DNA of 7,748 nt from a virus (Duplodnaviria; Heunggongvirae; Uroviricota; Caudoviricetes): the IMG/VR virus record IMGVR_UViG_2537561709_000008. One strand, given 5' to 3'. Positions 1-7,046 of the stretch are shown one piece after another. A model generated the notes under the pieces. It made no database searches. It saw only the letters and a program-made list of their open reading frames with translations, and was not told the DNA's origin. Positions within the stretch are counted from its first letter, which is position 1. Each line of letters opens with the position of its first letter. The translations under genes and the position numbers were made by a program.

Positions 1-168
1 CCGCTCATGCTGGCGAACCCAGACACGCAGAGTCTCCGGCGTACAGCCAATCTTTGGGGCAATGGAACAAATTGCCGCCCACTGTGAGTCATATTCATCC
101 TGACTTTCCAGAACCATACGAATCGCCCGCTGACGGACTTCGGGGGAAAAACGAGTATTTTTAGTCAT
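1..168 (-). CDS. IS3-family transposase OrfA, N-terminal 56 codons (partial, runs off window edge)
   Basis: ATG at 168-166 preceded by GAGG Shine-Dalgarno (about 178-175); translation [56 protein letters not shown] is a typical IS3-family OrfA helix-turn-helix N-terminus. Not in the ORF track because no stop lies inside the window. Confidence 0.8.
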   Translation of the reverse strand, partial: MTKNTRFSPEVRQRAIRMVLESQDEYDSQWAAICSIAPKIGCTPETLRVWVRQHER

Positions 169-197
169 CCTGTTTACCTCTTTCTCAGGGAGTTTAG

Positions 198-222
198 TCT
201 CCAGGATTTCCGGGGCGGTTCA
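198..222 (-). repeat. Terminal inverted repeat of the IS3-family element (approximate extent)
   Basis: Element terminus TGAACCGCCCCGG... at 222 reading on the minus strand; IR length is assumed from the family, the partner IR is outside the window. Confidence 0.45.
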
Positions 223-247
223 GATGTTGAGTGGCCAGTCGCCCCAC

Positions 248-288
248 AATAAAAAGAAAAAGCCATCGACAGAAATATCGATGGCTTT
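248..288 (-). terminator. Rho-independent terminator downstream of the acetyltransferase gene
   Basis: Perfect 11-bp stem (259-269 pairs with 278-288: AAAGCCATCGA / TCGATGGCTTT), 8-nt loop, followed on the minus strand by TTCTTTTTATT (258-248). Lies 8 nt after the stop codon at 298-296. Confidence 0.6.
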
Positions 289-295
289 ATGTACT

Positions 296-868
296 CTATT
301 TATACAATACAACACCACTCTTTTTAGTTATATATGTGCAGTTTGATGGTATATCTTTATTTATAAAAGACATTGCACCTATTTTTACATTATCCCCAAT
401 TTTACGTGATAATCCAATGATGCAACAATTAGCTCCGATATCAACGTTACTACCAATTTTTACTCTTGAACTAGGCATATCACCATCTATCTGTCCAATG
501 GTAGTATTCTGTCGTAATACCAGATTTTCACCCGCATCAACAGCAAAATGAACAACAATTCCAGCATGATGGGGAATTGTCAACCCTTTTCCAATATTTG
601 CGCCCAATCCTATTTCACAACCAAACTTGTTAATTATTTTACTGTTTAACTTTTTGGCTGCTTTCTTATGTAATTTATTACCATTAATATACATTTCGTT
701 AGCCAACCGCCACCAGAAAAGGAAATTCCGGTTACGCTGCTTTTTCTCTCTTAAAAGCCTCCAGATATCCATACGTTTCCGCCGAATTACTTCATGTTTC
801 CAGAAGTTTTTTAAATTAGTAGAGTTTCCAAATAAAACAAAGTGAATTGCCATTAAGTAAGATAGCAC
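296..868 (-). CDS. Hexapeptide-repeat (left-handed beta-helix) acyltransferase, serine acetyltransferase (CysE/WcaB-like) family; putative polysaccharide O-acetyltransferase
   Basis: ORF 296..901 in the track. Start placed at GTG 868-866 because AAGGAG (880-875) sits 6 nt upstream; ATG 853 is the alternative. Helical N-terminal region then KFGCEIGLGANIGKGLTIPHHAGIVV and repeated [LIV]G-x-x hexapeptides (KIGSNVDIGANCCIIG, KIGDNVKIGAMSFI), resembling the CysE core DIHPAAKIGRGIMLDHATGIVVGE. Strongly AT-rich relative to the flanking tail genes. Confidence 0.65.
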   Translation of the reverse strand: MLSYLMAIHFVLFGNSTNLKNFWKHEVIRRKRMDIWRLLREKKQRNRNFLFWWRLANEMYINGNKLHKKAAKKLNSKIINKFGCEIGLGANIGKGLTIPHHAGIVVHFAVDAGENLVLRQNTTIGQIDGDMPSSRVKIGSNVDIGANCCIIGLSRKIGDNVKIGAMSFINKDIPSNCTYITKKSGVVLYK

Positions 869-919
869 GATAATCTCCTTAATTATTATTTCAGACCACA
901 CATGTTATAAGGTTAAGAG

Positions 920-948
920 ATTATAAAATCCTGTTATTTGTTATTCAA
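920..948 (-). promoter_or_regulatory. Sigma70-type promoter for the acetyltransferase gene
   Basis: On the minus strand: -35 TTGAAT (948-943), 17-nt spacer, consensus -10 TATAAT (925-920), about 45 nt upstream of the SD/GTG start. Sequence-only prediction. Confidence 0.45.
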
Positions 949-982
949 AAACAATTTTCTGAGAAGGACATACAACAGCAAG

Positions 983-1014
983 TCGCCAGTCACCTTCATC
1001 AGGAAATTGGCGAC
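983..1014 (-). terminator. Possible weak stem-loop just downstream of gpU
   Basis: GTCGCCA (983-989) pairs with TGGCGAC (1008-1014), but the loop is long (about 16-18 nt) and the downstream minus-strand tract TTGCTGTTGTATG is only moderately U-rich. Low confidence. Confidence 0.2.
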
Positions 1015-1024
1015 ATACGTTAAA

Positions 1025-1519
1025 TCAGAGCAGCCCCTTAACTGAGCTGGCCGCGCTATTAAGGGATGATGTCACCTTATCTTTGAAGCCGGACAGCATA
1101 TCGCTGAACGATGAGGATTGCAGGCGCTCCCGCAAATCCTCATCACAGCGTTCAAGAGTCAGTGAAAATTCTATCTTTTTCGCCTTACCGTAGCGATCAA
1201 ACTCGGAGCGGGTCGTATTCGTTCCGGTCAGGACATACATGCCGTAAATCTGCCCGACGCCATCAATCAAAGGCCAAGGACGTCCTGTATATGCCTGCGT
1301 GGTCAACAACGACAGCGACACTTCGCCACCAGTAATCTCAGGATAAAGAACACCAGAAAGAACGATGCGATCATCACCTGCACCGATATACTGCCAGCTT
1401 GCTGAACGGTTAACGCGTTCATTTTTCACATGTCGCCAGCTTTTGTTTTGCTGTAACTGCTGATGCGGCAACGTGCGCAGCTCAAAAACAAACATGCCGT
1501 AGATCATCATCATGGCCAT
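1025..1519 (-). CDS. U: P2-type tail protein gpU
   Basis: 164-aa ORF immediately after the tape measure gene; N-terminus MAMMMIYGMFVFELRTLP...NERVNRSASWQYIGAGDDRIVLSGVLYPEITGG resembles what I recall of P2 gpU. Position and orientation fit the FI-FII-E-T-U order. Confidence 0.8.
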   Translation of the reverse strand: MAMMMIYGMFVFELRTLPHQQLQQNKSWRHVKNERVNRSASWQYIGAGDDRIVLSGVLYPEITGGEVSLSLLTTQAYTGRPWPLIDGVGQIYGMYVLTGTNTTRSEFDRYGKAKKIEFSLTLERCDEDLRERLQSSSFSDMLSGFKDKVTSSLNSAASSVKGLL

Positions 1520-1525
1520 GACTCC

Positions 1526-2362
1526 TCAATCTTTATCGTAAAAACTGCCACGCCTGGCACGGGCGCGCCGTTCCATTTCTGCCCTGACCATTTCGCCGAC
1601 CAGTTTCGCCAGTTCGCGGGGATTCTGCGTAACAACGTTATGCAGATGAACATGAATTTCACCGCCAAATCCGGAGGCAACAGGCTCCCGGTTACGGGAA
1701 GTTGCAGGAACTGATGCCACTGGCGATCGTATGGCCTCCACCACCGGGCGGGAGCTGGCCGCAACAACAGGGACCAGCGCCGGAGGCAGCGGAGCCGGGA
1801 CCACGGGTGTGATATTAATTGCGGGGGCAGGCTTACTGACCTGCGCAATCTTCCGCTCCTGCCACTCCCCACGAACAGCAAGTGCGCGGGGCAGGTTCTT
1901 AAAGACAATATCGCCGGGGCCAATGCGTTTTTTTGTCTCATCAACCAGCTTACCTGTGTTATCAGCAATTTTGCTGAGTCTGCGTAGCGTGCCGGTATTG
2001 CTGTCTGTGAGAGGTTTGTTGTCTTTGGGTTTATCATCTCCGGTGCCATTGCTATTTCCCGCAGACTTCGGCGGATTGATTTTCGCAATGTCTCCCTGAA
2101 ACAGAGCAACCTTGTCCTGAAGAATGGCCGCACGTTGTGCGTCTTCGATTTTCTTGCGCGCCCTTTCCGCTTCATCCGGAAGCACACCGAGTTTTTCAAG
2201 TATCCACGCCAGCGTATCCAGCAACATTTTTGCAGGCGTCAGAACAAGCTGTAACGCACCACCAAGAACGTTACCGAATACCTCGCCAGCACTGGTACAT
2301 TTATCCAGCGTTTCCTTGCTGGACTCCATCGGTGACAGCAGCGATTTAAACCAGTTAAACAC
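1526..2362 (-). CDS. T: Tail tape measure protein, C-terminal segment, in the -1 frame relative to the N-terminal segment
   Basis: Frame is open from the stop at 2389-2387; the track starts it at GTG 2362. Translation FNWFKSLLSPMESSKETLDK...LQDKVALFQGD...Pro/Ala/Val-rich tract...RRGSFYDKD looks like a real tape-measure C-terminus and ends 6 nt before the U start. Confidence 0.7.
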   Translation of the reverse strand: MFNWFKSLLSPMESSKETLDKCTSAGEVFGNVLGGALQLVLTPAKMLLDTLAWILEKLGVLPDEAERARKKIEDAQRAAILQDKVALFQGDIAKINPPKSAGNSNGTGDDKPKDNKPLTDSNTGTLRRLSKIADNTGKLVDETKKRIGPGDIVFKNLPRALAVRGEWQERKIAQVSKPAPAINITPVVPAPLPPALVPVVAASSRPVVEAIRSPVASVPATSRNREPVASGFGGEIHVHLHNVVTQNPRELAKLVGEMVRAEMERRARARRGSFYDKD

Positions 2363-4365
2363 CTGGCTGAACCGCTTCCGATTACGTCAAAAACAGGGCC
2401 AAACCGTTCAAAGGTGTCGCGCAACGGGGTCAGCCTTTCCATAATCCCGCTGAACACCCCGGCAAAGAAAGCCCTGATAGGATCCCAGTATTTCCAGATA
2501 AGAACGGCAGCTCCGGCAAGCGCAGCCACGATAAGACCAACCGGACTGAACAACGCCCCGATAACGCCTCCCAGTAAAGAAACGGAACCCGTCACCATTC
2601 CCCATAGCGCAGGTAACACCCTGACGACATTCATTGACCGGGTAAGAATGTCAAAACCAAGACGCAGGGTGGCCAGCTTCCCGTAAAGCACCCCAATAAC
2701 CAGCGACAACGAGCCAATCGTTGCAGTCATTGCCAGCAACGCACCGCCTGCTATCAGTAGCTGGCGCGTCAGTACCGGATGGGCCTGCGCCAGCGAGGTG
2801 ATTTTTTCAAGCACCCGCGTGAGCCACTGCGTGACAGAACGCAGCGGACCGTCAACCAGATCACTGATGCGAATACGAAGACCTTCCCATGCGCTGTCGA
2901 GATTTTTCAGGTCCCCATCAAGATTATCAGCCATTACTTTTGCGACGCGATCGGCCTCTCCCCTTGCCCCCTGCAATTCTCTGGTCAGTTTTTGCAGCTC
3001 TCCTGAACCAGCCGCCGCAACAAGCGTCTGCAAACCAACGAACGCCTCTTCTCCGGCGATGTCCTTGAAGAAGGAGACCTGGTCCACCTGTCCGTATTTT
3101 TGTGTCGCCTTATAGAGATCAAGCAGCACATCCTCCATCGGGCGCATTTTGCCTCTGGCGTCAGCAACTGACACCCCCAGCTCTTTCAGTGCATCAGCCG
3201 CAGCTTTTGGCGGTGATGCAAGGCGGGACAGACTTGCGCGCATGGCCGTGCCAGCATCGCTTCCGCGAAGACCATTATTGGCAAGCATCCCGGCCATGGC
3301 CGCCGCTTCTTCAAGACTGATACCAAGTTTTGCGGCAACCGGACCGGTATACTTCATGGTTTCGCCCAGCGCGCGTAAATCAGTATTGGTCCGGGTAAAT
3401 GCTGCTGTCAGCGTATCGCCCACCCGGTCCATTTGATCGGCTGTCAGGTTGAACTGTGTGAGGATATTGGAGCCTATATCAGCCGTCTCGCCGAGTTCGA
3501 CGCCACCTGCCAGCGCCATATTAAGAACACCGGGCAATGCGGCCTGAATGGCCTGCGGAGTAAAACCAGCCATTGCCAGAAAGCTCTGCCCACTGGCGGC
3601 ATCACTCGCAGTAAACTGTGTTTCAGCAAGTTTTAACGCCTGCTCACGCAGCGCCTTAAACTGCGGGCTGTTTTTGTCGATTCGCGTCAGTGCCTGAACG
3701 CGGGACATCTCTTTGCCGAACCCGATCGCAGGCTGCAAAAAACGCCCGGCAGCATAGCCGCCCGCCGCTGCCGCACCAATTGCCAGCGCACCACCTGTTT
3801 TCAGTTTTCCCGCGGTTTCCTGCGCGTGCGAATACCGCTCACGCGCCTGCGTTACACGCGCAAGCGCCTGCCGTTCGCGTTCAAGCTGGTTGTTGTATTG
3901 TTCGGTGCGTCTGATGGCCTGCTGAATGGTGTTATCGCTGCCTGTCAGGGAAATGCCGTGGCGTTTCAGCTCTCCGCCAAGTTCCCTCATTTTCTGAATT
4001 TCCCGTGTGCGCGATTCATTCAGGCGTTCAAGCCGGGTGCTTAACTGCTGCATCAGCTTTTGTTGTTTTTCGCTGAGCACTGTACCCGTGCGTTGTAACT
4101 GATTAAGGGCGTTAAGCTGGCGTCGTGCTTTCACGATGCCAGCATCCGCTTTACTGACAGCGTCGCGGGCGCGCTCAAATGATCGCGCCTGACGCTCGAG
4201 ATTTTTGATCGCCCCCTGCGTTCGCTGGATGGAGTCACCAAACTGCCCCATCAGGCGGCGTGCGTTTTCGGCAGGTCGGGTCAGCCTGTCAACGGCGCTG
4301 AAAGCGACCCGGATATCAAGAGTCTTCATTGTCTGCATTCCCGCTGCGAAGTGCCGCCCGCTCAC
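2239..4365 (-). CDS. T: Tail tape measure protein, N-terminal segment (about 665 credible codons plus about 40 out-of-frame codons before the stop at 2241-2239)
   Basis: Long ORF after E/E' with coiled-coil-like, Ala/Gly-rich and hydrophobic C-proximal character typical of tape measure proteins. True start is uncertain: GTG 4365, ATG 4338 or ATG 4329. The tail ...NRCCHRWSPARKRWINVPVLARYSVTFLVVRYSLF is low-complexity junk, consistent with a frame change near 2370. Confidence 0.75.
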   Translation of the reverse strand: MSGRHFAAGMQTMKTLDIRVAFSAVDRLTRPAENARRLMGQFGDSIQRTQGAIKNLERQARSFERARDAVSKADAGIVKARRQLNALNQLQRTGTVLSEKQQKLMQQLSTRLERLNESRTREIQKMRELGGELKRHGISLTGSDNTIQQAIRRTEQYNNQLERERQALARVTQARERYSHAQETAGKLKTGGALAIGAAAAGGYAAGRFLQPAIGFGKEMSRVQALTRIDKNSPQFKALREQALKLAETQFTASDAASGQSFLAMAGFTPQAIQAALPGVLNMALAGGVELGETADIGSNILTQFNLTADQMDRVGDTLTAAFTRTNTDLRALGETMKYTGPVAAKLGISLEEAAAMAGMLANNGLRGSDAGTAMRASLSRLASPPKAAADALKELGVSVADARGKMRPMEDVLLDLYKATQKYGQVDQVSFFKDIAGEEAFVGLQTLVAAAGSGELQKLTRELQGARGEADRVAKVMADNLDGDLKNLDSAWEGLRIRISDLVDGPLRSVTQWLTRVLEKITSLAQAHPVLTRQLLIAGGALLAMTATIGSLSLVIGVLYGKLATLRLGFDILTRSMNVVRVLPALWGMVTGSVSLLGGVIGALFSPVGLIVAALAGAAVLIWKYWDPIRAFFAGVFSGIMERLTPLRDTFERFGPVFDVIGSGSARCLTGLNRCCHRWSPARKRWINVPVLARYSVTFLVVRYSLF

Positions 4366-4845
4366 GCCAGCTAACCACTTCGCCGGGCGTCATCATGAAG
4401 ATTTCGGCGGGCGACCAGTTAAAAATAACGGCAATATCTGCCACAAAGTCTTCTATGTGCTCAAAGCACACAACCGTGATCAGGCTTCCGTCGCCTGTTC
4501 GTTCTTCCCGCCAGAGTCCGCACCGCTCAAAAAATTTACGGCAACCACACATAACTGAATAAAGTCACGGGATGCCATTTTTTTGATCGTCACTTCATCC
4601 AGTCGCGGTGATGTCACGCGTGACAGCAGCGTAAACATGGATTCCGCTTTCAGATTCAGCACATCAGACAGCGACAAATCTCGCAGAGATCCAGCCTGCT
4701 CAATAGCCCCGGTGATCTCCACATACGTGATTTTTTCGCCGCCTCGCTCAATTGGTTGGGTAAGTTTTACACCACGCTCACTGGTTTCTTTCACAGTGTC
4801 AGTAACTACCGTGTTTTCGGTATCGATGTTTTTCGTCTCTTTCAT
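4316..4845 (-). CDS. E': gpE+E' fusion made by -1 programmed ribosomal frameshifting (about 176 aa)
   Basis: The ORF ending at 4316 (track 4316..4552) is in the -1 frame relative to E and is open from the TGA at 4567-4565. After the slip it reads ERCGLWREERTGDGSLITVV... and overlaps the start of T, as in P2. Confidence 0.65.
4480..4845 (-). CDS. E: Tail assembly chaperone gpE (zero-frame product)
   Basis: 121-aa ORF between FII and T with AAGGAG SD (about 4857-4852) upstream of ATG 4845; contains the slippery heptamer near its 3' end, as in the P2 E/E' pair. Confidence 0.85.
   Translation of the reverse strand: MKETKNIDTENTVVTDTVKETSERGVKLTQPIERGGEKITYVEITGAIEQAGSLRDLSLSDVLNLKAESMFTLLSRVTSPRLDEVTIKKMASRDFIQLCVVAVNFLSGADSGGKNEQATEA
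4528..4534 (-). other. -1 frameshift slippery heptamer T_TTT_TTG for E/E'
   Basis: Minus strand reads AAT TTT TTG in the E frame (N-F-L), so 4534-4528 is T TTT TTG. This is the same heptamer I recall being reported for P2 E/E' (from memory). Confidence 0.6.
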
Positions 4846-4899
4846 CAGGAAACTCCTTTCAGTCAGAGGCGACGCACTGCGCCGCCTGCATATTACTTA

Positions 4900-5412
4900 T
4901 CAGCCAAGCCCAAGCGCGGAACGGATGCGATCGGGCACAATGTCCTTGCCGTCCTTCCGGTAAATGAAGTTCAGCAGGTCAATCTCCCACAACGGGCGAT
5001 CGTTAACACTCAGCTTGTAGTAGGTGTTTTTAATGGCGTAAGTGTGTGATGTGGCTTCGCCCTGTTTGGCTTCCCCCATATCAATTTCCGTCACACGTCC
5101 GCGCATTTCGACTTCATACAGGTCGCTTTCATCATCGGTGTAGTATTCCCCCGCAAAACGCAGTAGCGTGCCGTCAATCGTGCCGCCATACTTCAGGAAC
5201 AGCTCACGAACTGCGCCCCCCATGACAAAGCTCGCATCAAGCGCGGAGTCGTCCAGGCCGAGGTCAATACTTACCGCACCCATCATGCCACCACCCCGGT
5301 AGCTGTCGGTTTTGCGCGTCAGTTTAGGCAGGGTGACGGACGTCACCTTACCCACTTCGTTTTCACCATCCACAAACAGCGTAAAAAAGCGAAGATGTTT
5401 TGGTACAGCCAT
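4900..5412 (-). CDS. FII: Major tail tube protein (P2 FII-like)
   Basis: 170-aa ORF directly after the sheath gene; its ATG (5412-5410) overlaps the FI stop (5414-5412) as TGATG, suggesting translational coupling. Size, position and sequence character fit the P2 FII tube protein. Confidence 0.85.
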   Translation of the reverse strand: MAVPKHLRFFTLFVDGENEVGKVTSVTLPKLTRKTDSYRGGGMMGAVSIDLGLDDSALDASFVMGGAVRELFLKYGGTIDGTLLRFAGEYYTDDESDLYEVEMRGRVTEIDMGEAKQGEATSHTYAIKNTYYKLSVNDRPLWEIDLLNFIYRKDGKDIVPDRIRSALGLG

Positions 5413-6596
5413 CAGGCACCTCCCAGCACCGCAAATGCGGGACCAAAGAATTCATCAGTAAACGACTGGTAAAGCTCCATGTCTTCCAGCGGAGGAACGG
5501 GCGTATATTTGTAGCGAATACGCACACGCCCCTGACGTAAATTCGTGGTGCTGTTATCCTCGATGTCATACCAGCACTCCGCGCCAATCAGTTTCCCGGC
5601 AGTAACCAGTGAATCCAGTTTTGCCCTGATGGCACTGATAACATCCTTCACGTTCGCAGGTGTCAGTGGACTGTCGATGGTTTCAAACTGCGCTTCCGCA
5701 ATTGAATCAGCCAGCACCTGTGCGGTTCGGGTATACACCTCAAAGATGTAGGCGTTCGTTTCCGGTGTGCGGTTGCCCCAGAAGCGGAACCCGTTGCGAC
5801 GAATAATGGTCGTGATTTCTTTGTTGTTGAGGCTGTTGGCATCACTGTCTTCGGCCTGCAACGACCAGAACACATGCCTCGACATCCCAAGCACATTTTT
5901 AACCGGAACGTTGGACAGCGATTTGTGCCAGCCCTGCTCATGGTCAATGTACGCACGAAGGCCGCACGCATAAGCAGGCGCGGGGAACGTTTCGTTTTTG
6001 CCACTTTTCAGGTTGTAGGCGATGAAGTCAGGCCATAAGAGCATCACCTCACGTTCGTTGAATTTCTGGCGGTAGGTAATCGCCTCAGCCATCGTGTTAC
6101 AACCATGACATGTGGCATACACAAACGCGCGCAGTTTACCCGCAATCACGCACAGGGATTTTGTTACCGCCTCCGTGTCCAGCTCCGGCGCGGCCAGAAT
6201 ACGCGGACGGTATCCGATGCTTTCATCCTGCTCTGCAACAAGCAGCGCATACATCCCCGTATAGCTGCCGTCAGATTCAGAACCACCGATAACCAGTTGA
6301 TCCTGCGTCTTACCGCCTTCTTCTTTGTGTTCAGCCACGCGAACGACGATCACTTTTGTGCTCACCTGGTCTGCGATAGCCTTAAGCGCACGATAAAGCG
6401 TCCCCGTAGTCCCGCATTTTCCCAGCACGTCATTGACGCGGGTCAGCAGTGTGGGCTTGTTCAGCGGGAACAGCTCCGCGTCCGCATCATCTGCCGTTGC
6501 CACGATACCGATAACACTGGAATCAACATCATTAATCGCTGTTACCAGGTCGGTACTTTCCGTAACACGGGCACCATGAAAACGAGTTTCACTCAT
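5412..6596 (-). CDS. FI: Tail sheath protein (P2 FI-like)
   Basis: 394-aa ORF; motifs such as FPLNKP, GTLYRALKAIADQ, KLRAFVYA, ITYRQKF, REVMLLWPDF, GLRAYIDHEQGWHKSLSNV, RFWGNRT, YTRTAQVLADS and YKYTPVPPLE correspond to what I recall of P2 gpFI. AAGGGG SD upstream of ATG 6596. Confidence 0.9.
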   Translation of the reverse strand: MSETRFHGARVTESTDLVTAINDVDSSVIGIVATADDADAELFPLNKPTLLTRVNDVLGKCGTTGTLYRALKAIADQVSTKVIVVRVAEHKEEGGKTQDQLVIGGSESDGSYTGMYALLVAEQDESIGYRPRILAAPELDTEAVTKSLCVIAGKLRAFVYATCHGCNTMAEAITYRQKFNEREVMLLWPDFIAYNLKSGKNETFPAPAYACGLRAYIDHEQGWHKSLSNVPVKNVLGMSRHVFWSLQAEDSDANSLNNKEITTIIRRNGFRFWGNRTPETNAYIFEVYTRTAQVLADSIAEAQFETIDSPLTPANVKDVISAIRAKLDSLVTAGKLIGAECWYDIEDNSTTNLRQGRVRIRYKYTPVPPLEDMELYQSFTDEFFGPAFAVLGGA

Positions 6597-6753
6597 AGCT
6601 TCAGCCCCTTGTATCCGTTAAATGATTCGGCAACAATCATCACCCACCACGCGCGTAATCTCACCCCTGCGCCGTTCTCCCGCCACGGCGACAACAAAAA
6701 GCAGTAACCCCCTCCGCACGCACATGCGACCATGCCGCACAGGGAGGGAACAG

Positions 6754-7020
6754 ATGACCGACACCACCATGCAATTGCTCAGTCAGGGCACAGACCACGT
6801 GAAAGTGCCGGATTTTGATATTCTCGCGGAGGGTAAAACGCTGTCAGGCGTGGCAGAGCGCCTGATGAGCCTGTCACTGACCGACAACCGGGGATTTGAG
6901 GCGGACCAGCTCACCATCACGCTGGATGATGCAGATGGTCAGTTGCAGCTACCGCCACGGGGCGCGCGCCTGACGGTTCTCATTGGCTGGAAAGGAGAAC
7001 CGCTGACAGAAAAAGGCACT
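6754..7020 (+). pseudogene. D: Phage late-control/tail protein gpD, 5' fragment (89 codons) truncated by IS30 insertion
   Basis: GGAGGG SD (6743-6748) then ATG 6754; translation MTDTTMQLLSQGTDHVKVPDFD...SLSLTDNRGFEADQLTITLDDADGQLQLPPRGARLTVLIGWKGEPLTEKGT matches the conserved gpD N-terminus (SLTDNRGFEADQL...). Homology stops at 7020; the reading frame continues 18 codons into the IS30 end (to 7077). Confidence 0.8.
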
Positions 7021-7046
7021 TGTAGATTCAATCTGTCAATGCAACA
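7021..7046. repeat. IS30 terminal inverted repeat (approximate extent)
   Basis: Terminal sequence TGTAGATTCAATCTGTCAATGCAACA; a 26-bp extent is assumed from the element family, the partner IR is outside the window. Confidence 0.5.

Larger units (their letters stand above)
1..222 (-). mobile_element. IS3-family insertion sequence, partial (IS629/IS1203/IS3411-like); outer end at 222, body continues beyond window start
   Basis: Minus-strand sequence from 222 reads TGAACCGCCCCGGAAATCCTGGAGACTAAACTCCCTGAGAAAGAGGTAAACAGG followed by ATG; the TG... terminus and the OrfA N-terminus match what I recall of IS629-type IS3-family elements. Recalled from memory, not database-verified. Confidence 0.8.

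Noticed and set aside
231-845. Plus-strand ORFs 231..551 and 627..845
   Set aside because: They are antisense to the acetyltransferase gene in AT-rich sequence, where long open frames arise easily; there is no SD and no recognisable protein features, and 231..551 runs through the terminator hairpin.
1510-2199. Minus-strand 229-aa ORF overlapping the tape measure C-terminal segment
   Set aside because: It is an alternative frame of the same strand as gene T; the translation is Arg-rich junk and it is fully embedded in the better-supported tape measure frame.
4578-4584. A7 homopolymer (minus strand AAAAAAA) in gene E as a candidate frameshift site
   Set aside because: The -1 frame entered from this run meets a TGA stop at 4567-4565, so it cannot produce E'. 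The downstream T_TTT_TTG heptamer is the functional candidate.
5363-6004. Minus-strand ORFs 5363..5587 and 5663..6004 overlapping FI/FII
   Set aside because: They are off-frame overlaps within the tail sheath gene, with Arg/Cys-rich composition and no independent support.
1111-6707. Numerous plus-strand ORFs of 60-200 aa in the track (for example 1463..1714, 1731..2099, 2124..2444, 2414..2686, 2798..3115, 3149..3436, 3690..3914, 4205..4558, 4583..4963, 4756..5049, 5545..5751, 5767..5973, 6105..6707)
   Set aside because: All lie antisense to the well-supported minus-strand tail genes. Their translations are low-complexity (Arg/Pro/Ser/Ala-rich), lack ribosome-binding sites and look like typical shadow ORFs of GC-rich coding sequence.
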